From the human T2T-CHM13v2.0 reference genome, Homo sapiens, in the NCBI RefSeq assembly GCF_009914755.1, contig NC_060942.1: a stretch of 64,000 nucleotides of DNA. The stretch is one strand, 5' to 3'. The position numbers and the translations under genes were made by a program. Positions 57,046 to 64,000 of this stretch are shown here, one piece after another; the stretch's first letter is position 1, and each line of letters opens with the position of its first letter. Under the pieces are notes generated by a model. It worked only from the letters and a program-made list of their open reading frames with translations. It was not told where the DNA came from and made no database searches.

Positions 57046-57385
57046 TTTTTTTCTTTCTTTTTTTCTTTTTGACGGAGTCTTGCTCTATCGCCCAGGCTGG
57101 GGTGCAGTGGCACGATCTCGGCTCACTACAACCTCGGCTTACTGCAACCTCCACCTCCTGGGTTCAAGCAATTCTCCTGCCTCAACCTCTCGAGTAGCTG
57201 GGATTACAGGCGCCACCATGCTGGCTAATTTTTGTATTTTTAGTAGAGATGGGGTTTCACCATGTTGGGCAGGCTGGTGTCGAACTCCTGACCTTGTGAT
57301 CCACCCACCTCAGCCTCCCAAAGTTCTGGGATGACAGCCTCCCAAAGTTCTGGGATTACAGGTTGCATAAGCCACCACCCTGGCC
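57046..57385 (-). mobile_element. AluS with two internal tandem duplications
   Basis: 16-bp and 24-bp duplications visible. Confidence 0.95.
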
Positions 57386-57920
57386 AGTGGGTTTCATATA
57401 TATATATATATATATAATGGTGTGATTACAGGAAGAAATTAATTCTACTTTATATTGTTTACTGTATTCTCCATTGTCCCAAAGCAGAAAGTGTGAGCTT
57501 TACATACATTGTAATTATGGATGCTTTTGTGTTTTTATTACTTCCAAAATTTTTCTAGGGAAACAGGTGAATATTTCTTCAATGTCAACTCAAGCAAAAT
57601 TGGGAGCAAGTGATACACACCCATTTAAAAACCAAGCTGAGAATGGAGTTTTACCTCTTCCCAAAATATCAAACAGAGGAAATTAGAAAGGAGACTCTTC
57701 TGACAGAACTTACCCCTGAGAGTAAGAAAACACCTTTCTTTATAGCCAACTACTTACCAATTTATGCAGAATAAGATACTGAGTTTAAACTTGCCTAAAT
57801 CGTAGAATAATCTTAAATAATGAGAGACATTTTTCTAGACCTCCATTGCTAAATTATCAACTTTGGCTTTGATTCAACATTTCTTGTTACAAAGGCAGTA
57901 TTAAGAGGATTTTGTCTTGG

Positions 57921-58199
57921 AAAAAAAATATATATATATTTATATATATTTTATATATTATTATATATTTATATATATTTTATATATTATTATATATTTA
58001 TATATATTTTATATATTATATATTTATATATATTTTGTATATATTATATATATTTATATATATAATATATATTTATATATTTTATATATATTATATATAT
58101 TATTTTATATATTTATATATATTTTATATATATTATATATATATTTATATATATATAAAATATATATATATATATATAAATAATATATATAATATATAT
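57921..58199. repeat. AT-only interrupted (TA)n low-complexity tract
   Basis: 279 bp with a single G. Confidence 0.98.
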
Positions 58200-58705
58200 G
58201 GACATCAGTGGCCCAAACTGGGACTTTGTTTTTTTTTTTTTTTAAAAAAAAGAAGAAATAATTGGTTGTGAAGGGACTGCTAGAAGTGAAGGAGAACAAA
58301 GCTCTGCTTCCAGTTTGTTTTCTGAGAGCTGGTACATCCATTATTCTTTGGAATAACGGAAGATGATCCATTCTAATGGAAGAGTAGAGTTTGAGTTCTT
58401 CAGAGCCATGCCTGAGGAAACCCAAGACAGACTGCATTGAAATGGCCCACACTGGGCTGGATGAGGGGCCTCTTGTACAGAGATCACGATGTGCTGAAGA
58501 CTAGTTTTTCCACCCATTTCTGAGACACATAGTTCTCTTTCCCCAGACTTCTAGTGGATTTGGTGCTCATACACAACTGAGATTGTGAGACCTTATGATC
58601 AGAAATAATATGACTTAGAAAAGTAAAATAATGTGGTATTTCTAATAATGTGATATTTCTATCTCCTTAGTGTTTGGCAGAGTAAAATAAATACTAATTA
58701 TAACT

Positions 58706-59210
58706 TCTATTAGGGTTTGATCAGAGAGCTATGACTCTATGAATGACACACAATAAGCAATTTATTATAGGAATTAGATGTTATGTGATTGTGCGCTGGT
58801 TAAGAAGTCTATGCAAAGCAATTGACCTAGTATCTGACTGCAAGGCTGTTACAGGTAACAGGTGACAGGTTGCAGGTAAGCCAGGTTGGCAGCTGAGACA
58901 TGCAGTGAGTCCTAAAAATCACACGCACTGAAACCTATTAAGATGAATTAAAATCGATAAGAACAAACTGAAACTTACATGAATTTCTCACCATCTTCAA
59001 CCCAGGTGATGTCGATGAGCTACAGGAGAAGCTGGCAGCTTTCCCCACAGAGTTGGACACACACAGGCTCAGGACTCAGAAGTGAAGAAAGATTCCGTGG
59101 GGTTGGAAGAGCTGCAGGCCTGGATGAAGTCCCCAGAAACAAGGTGAGTGGGCAGAATGTATGTGAGCTGTTCTAGGGTCCAACCCCCTACACTGAACTT
59201 TAGTGTGTGA
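58706..59210 (-). mobile_element. ERVL LTR (tentatively LTR41-like) carrying an APOA4-like insert
   Basis: tattagggtttgatcagagag...atttattataggaattag is an antisense ERVL LTR 3' end; adjoins ERVL pol. Confidence 0.7.
59014..59200 (+). pseudogene. degenerate apolipoprotein A-IV-like coding fragment inside the LTR
   Basis: frameshifted peptides DELQEKLAAFPTEL / AQDSE / LEELQA / NKVS..NVCEL..PY are collinear with recalled APOA4 [34 protein letters not shown]..PY. Confidence 0.75.
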
Positions 59211-59214
59211 AACT

Positions 59215-60890
<1,676 letters not shown>

Positions 60891-61099
60891 TATTTCTCTA
60901 TGGAGCTAAAAAACACTTGGTCCAAGATTCAGAGAATATGTGTAGTGAGACAGAATGGGAGTTGGAGAAGCTATGGCCCATGCCAACAAGGTGAAATAGC
61001 AGATCTGTGACAGTGACATGAGCTACCACAATGCATGGCACTCTGTGCAGACCTTCACAACATTAACAAATTGCTTTTCATGTTTACTATGTTTTATTT

Positions 61100-61470
61100 C
61101 TTTGGTATATTACATGTAAGTTGCTGCTGCATTTGTTTCTTTCTAAATATTTTCTTTCTCAATTTTCTTTATAAAACCATTTCCACTTTCCAAGAAGAGG
61201 CCAATGTTATATGCATCAGATATTCCACTGCCGTGCCATTATCGTGGTAGATTGCAAGACCCAGTGCTGTATAGAATGTTATTGACAGCAAAATACCACA
61301 CAGTGTCTCCCAAAAGATGAATGCTAGTTTTCCTTTAGCCAAAAGCAAAGTGGAGGGATTCGATTTCCAGAAATAACATCTGAAGTCCTCAACAGAATAA
61401 ATTTCTCCAAGGCAATACATATTGCAGTAAATTTCTGCCATACTGAATGCCAAAATAGGTTATCTTCCGG
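61100..61470 (-). mobile_element. second ERVL-like pol (tether region) remnant
   Basis: minus strand SVWQK...PLCFW...GKWKWFY...SNLH resembles ERVL SLWQ..PLGFW..IKWKWY..SKLH. Confidence 0.55.
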
Positions 61471-61599
61471 GGACTTAAACCATACAAGTCTGCCTGTCAG
61501 ACTGTTGTCAGCAATAAATAGGTCCTCACTGCCCTTTAATACATATTCAATATGGCAGGATGGTAAACCAAACTCCTGCTTGCCCTACCCAAGAATTTC

Positions 61600-61765
61600 A
61601 GCACTGAAAGGAACAATAGGAATTTTCAACCTCAAGCCTCTCATTTTCAGTTGGAAAACTGAGACTCATCAAAGTGAAACGGTTTGCTCAGCATTAGCTA
61701 GGAAGGAATCACACCTGGAAGTGAAATGCTGCACCCCGTAGGCTGAATTCAGGGTAACTTTTATT
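61600..61765 (-). mobile_element. MIR (c-like)
   Basis: ctcattttcagttggaaaactgagactc. Confidence 0.75.
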
Positions 61766-62009
61766 TCACAGAATGAGTTGTGCCCTATTATGCTGATTCT
61801 ATGGGCACAATTAGAAATCAAAGAAAAACCAGTTTTGGAAAGTGGAGAGGATAGAAATGACTAATCATCTTTCTTCGTTTTGGAGGGCAATAACAGCATT
61901 TTCTAGGCCTTTGATGGTTGAGCAGGGTCACTGGATTTGTCCTGGCTGATAGATTGTGAAAGGAAGGGACCCGCAGCACATTCAGACTGAGCAGTAAAGG
62001 GCTTCTCTA

Positions 62010-62223
62010 GCTTCTTTCTTCTCCTGCCACAGTGACCGTGGAAACATCCTGCTGAGATGGAGAAACTGTGACTCGCTCTGTCTGCATCCCTGAGCTTTCA
62101 CCTGGAAAAGGCACTGACCTTGTGTGTGAGTAAAAAATAAATGTCTGTTTTGTTATACCACCAAGATTTGAGGGTTTGGTTATTTGTTATAGCACTGTAC
62201 ACTATTTTACCCTGACTAATATA
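62010..62223 (+). mobile_element. MLT1J-like LTR 3' part
   Basis: ctgccacagtgaccgtggaa...aataaatgtctg...tatttgttatagca...cctgactaatata. Confidence 0.75.
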
Positions 62224-64000
62224 TTTTAAAGTATGCTTATATTAAAAACGAAGTGATATATAGAGACTTGGCAGAATGACTAATGAAGAGTTGCCAGTTG
62301 TTCTAATTTTGTCAACGATCAGCTTACTTTCAATGCATTAAGTGCTCTAAGCACAGGAAATATATCCCTGATGATAGTATATGTTGGATATAGTGTATTT
62401 ACTTATTGAATATTTATTTAGAATATGCTGGAGATTTTATAGAAAAGTGAACATGAAATAATGATACTTCAGATTTTGTAAATGCTGAAGAGTGTAATTT
62501 TAATTCTACTCATTAAAGTTACCTCTCTTGTAAGTGTGGCTAAATTATATACCTTCTGCTTCTGGACATCACTTGGCCCAAATATCCCATCTTTTTTTCC
62601 AGATTTCAGCATAATATAACTCTGATGATTCTCTTTAGAATTGTACATTTGGGGATAGGCCTGCTATGAATGTCACAAGTAAATTCTCTAATAAAATAAT
62701 AAGCACTTACACTATAGGAATAATCTGCTTGGTTGAGAATCATTAGTGCCTACCAATCTGCAATTATTATTTTCACTTAATTAGAGGACCTTAATGAATG
62801 CAAAATGTGTACTTTCCAAAGTATAAATGTAAAAACCTTTTTCTTATGCTTCAGGTCGAAGTCTGCAGACTTTCATTTTGGAGATATATTTCACTCTGAA
62901 TAGTGAATCAGAGTGGGGTGAAACATCTGGCTTATAAAATGTTTCAAACCTCAAACCACTTTAGATACTTGGAAATCATCTTCTCCACACATTTATTATA
63001 AAACAGGAAGAGACCCAGAAAAAATGCCACTCTGTTTTGAAGATGGAAAGTAAGTGTCATTGATGTAAAATTCTTGGATTTCTTTTGTGTAGTTGTAGAC
63101 TGTGATTGCCAGTATATGGTCCACAAAGTTGTTGGTCATTTTGTAAATTTAAAATTTGCCAGTTAGGCCTAAAAATCATCTCCCACATGTGATGGCAAGC
63201 CTAGAGGTGGTCGGCCCATGCTTGCCCCTTTTGTCTCTCTGCTCAGCCAGCTTAGTCTGTGCTGTCCACCCCCATGCTGATCACCAAATGGTCACTCTGT
63301 GGTGCTCCAGTTCCACCTCTCAGCTGTGTTCCAGGCAGGAAGAAAGACAAGAGCAAAACTGCATTCAGTAGAGCATGCCCACTTTGAGAGAGAGCTCGTG
63401 CAGAAGCTGGCCAGGGCAGCATCTTGCCTCTTCTTTACATTAGATCACTGGCTCCCAGCAGCAGCACCAGCTACAGAGCCTCTTGCTCCCTTCCTTCCTT
63501 GTTCTCCTCTGTCTCTATGTGTATGTGTGTGCATACATATTTATAGACACACACACATACACACAAAATACTATATTATGTCATATAGTTTTCTGAATGT
63601 GTTGGTACCCTGAATGATATATGTTGGTAGGAAAAGAGGAAAGTGTAGACATTTATGGGCAGCCGACTTTACCAGTTGGGCCTAGACTACCTAAAGATTA
63701 TCAGTACAATTTATGCTCCAAGAAAGTAGTGTGCATATCTTCGTTACTGTAGTTCAAACACCTAGGAGAATACCTGGCTTATAGTTGGTACTAAGGACAT
63801 ATTTTCGAAGAAAGAAAGAGTCAGGGAATGCATACTTGTTTTAGGAAAGAGTGCTTTCAGCTTCTAACAAAGCCTAATTCCCTTTTCCTTCATTGTTCCT
63901 CTATTTCTTCGAACCAAACATATTGTATTGATCGACGATGGATGGTGACTATGAGTTTCTGCTTTCACTGGAGGTGGGGTGGGAGGTACACATCCAAACA

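Noticed and set aside
62859-62915. Palindrome aagtctgcagactt and nearby 8-bp stem cactctga/tcagagtg
   Set aside because: Within chance expectation; spacing does not match the canonical SMAD palindrome GTCTAGAC

Overview
AT-rich, CpG-poor primate genomic DNA, almost certainly human given a consensus-like AluYa5. I can support no intact protein-coding gene, rRNA, tRNA or CRISPR array. The ORF track is explained by Alu, LTR, microsatellite and chance frames. The window looks intergenic or deep-intronic. It holds about 14 Alus, L1/L2/MIR remnants, MaLR/ERV1/ERVL LTRs, a MER6A DNA transposon, an ERVL proviral remnant with readable integrase and RNase H motifs, and a retrocopied mRNA 3'UTR. Most notable are: (i) a degenerate apolipoprotein A-IV-like coding fragment lying antisense inside the ERVL LTR (59014-59200); (ii) the orphan 3'UTR retrocopy; (iii) a two-part templated duplication (48491-48545); (iv) a four-layer TE nest; (v) a likely polymorphic AluYa5; (vi) a nested hairpin whose arms carry splice-donor consensus on both strands. 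I found no convincing new multi-gene system. Repeat family names come from my recall of consensus sequences, not from a search, and boundaries of old repeats are approximate.
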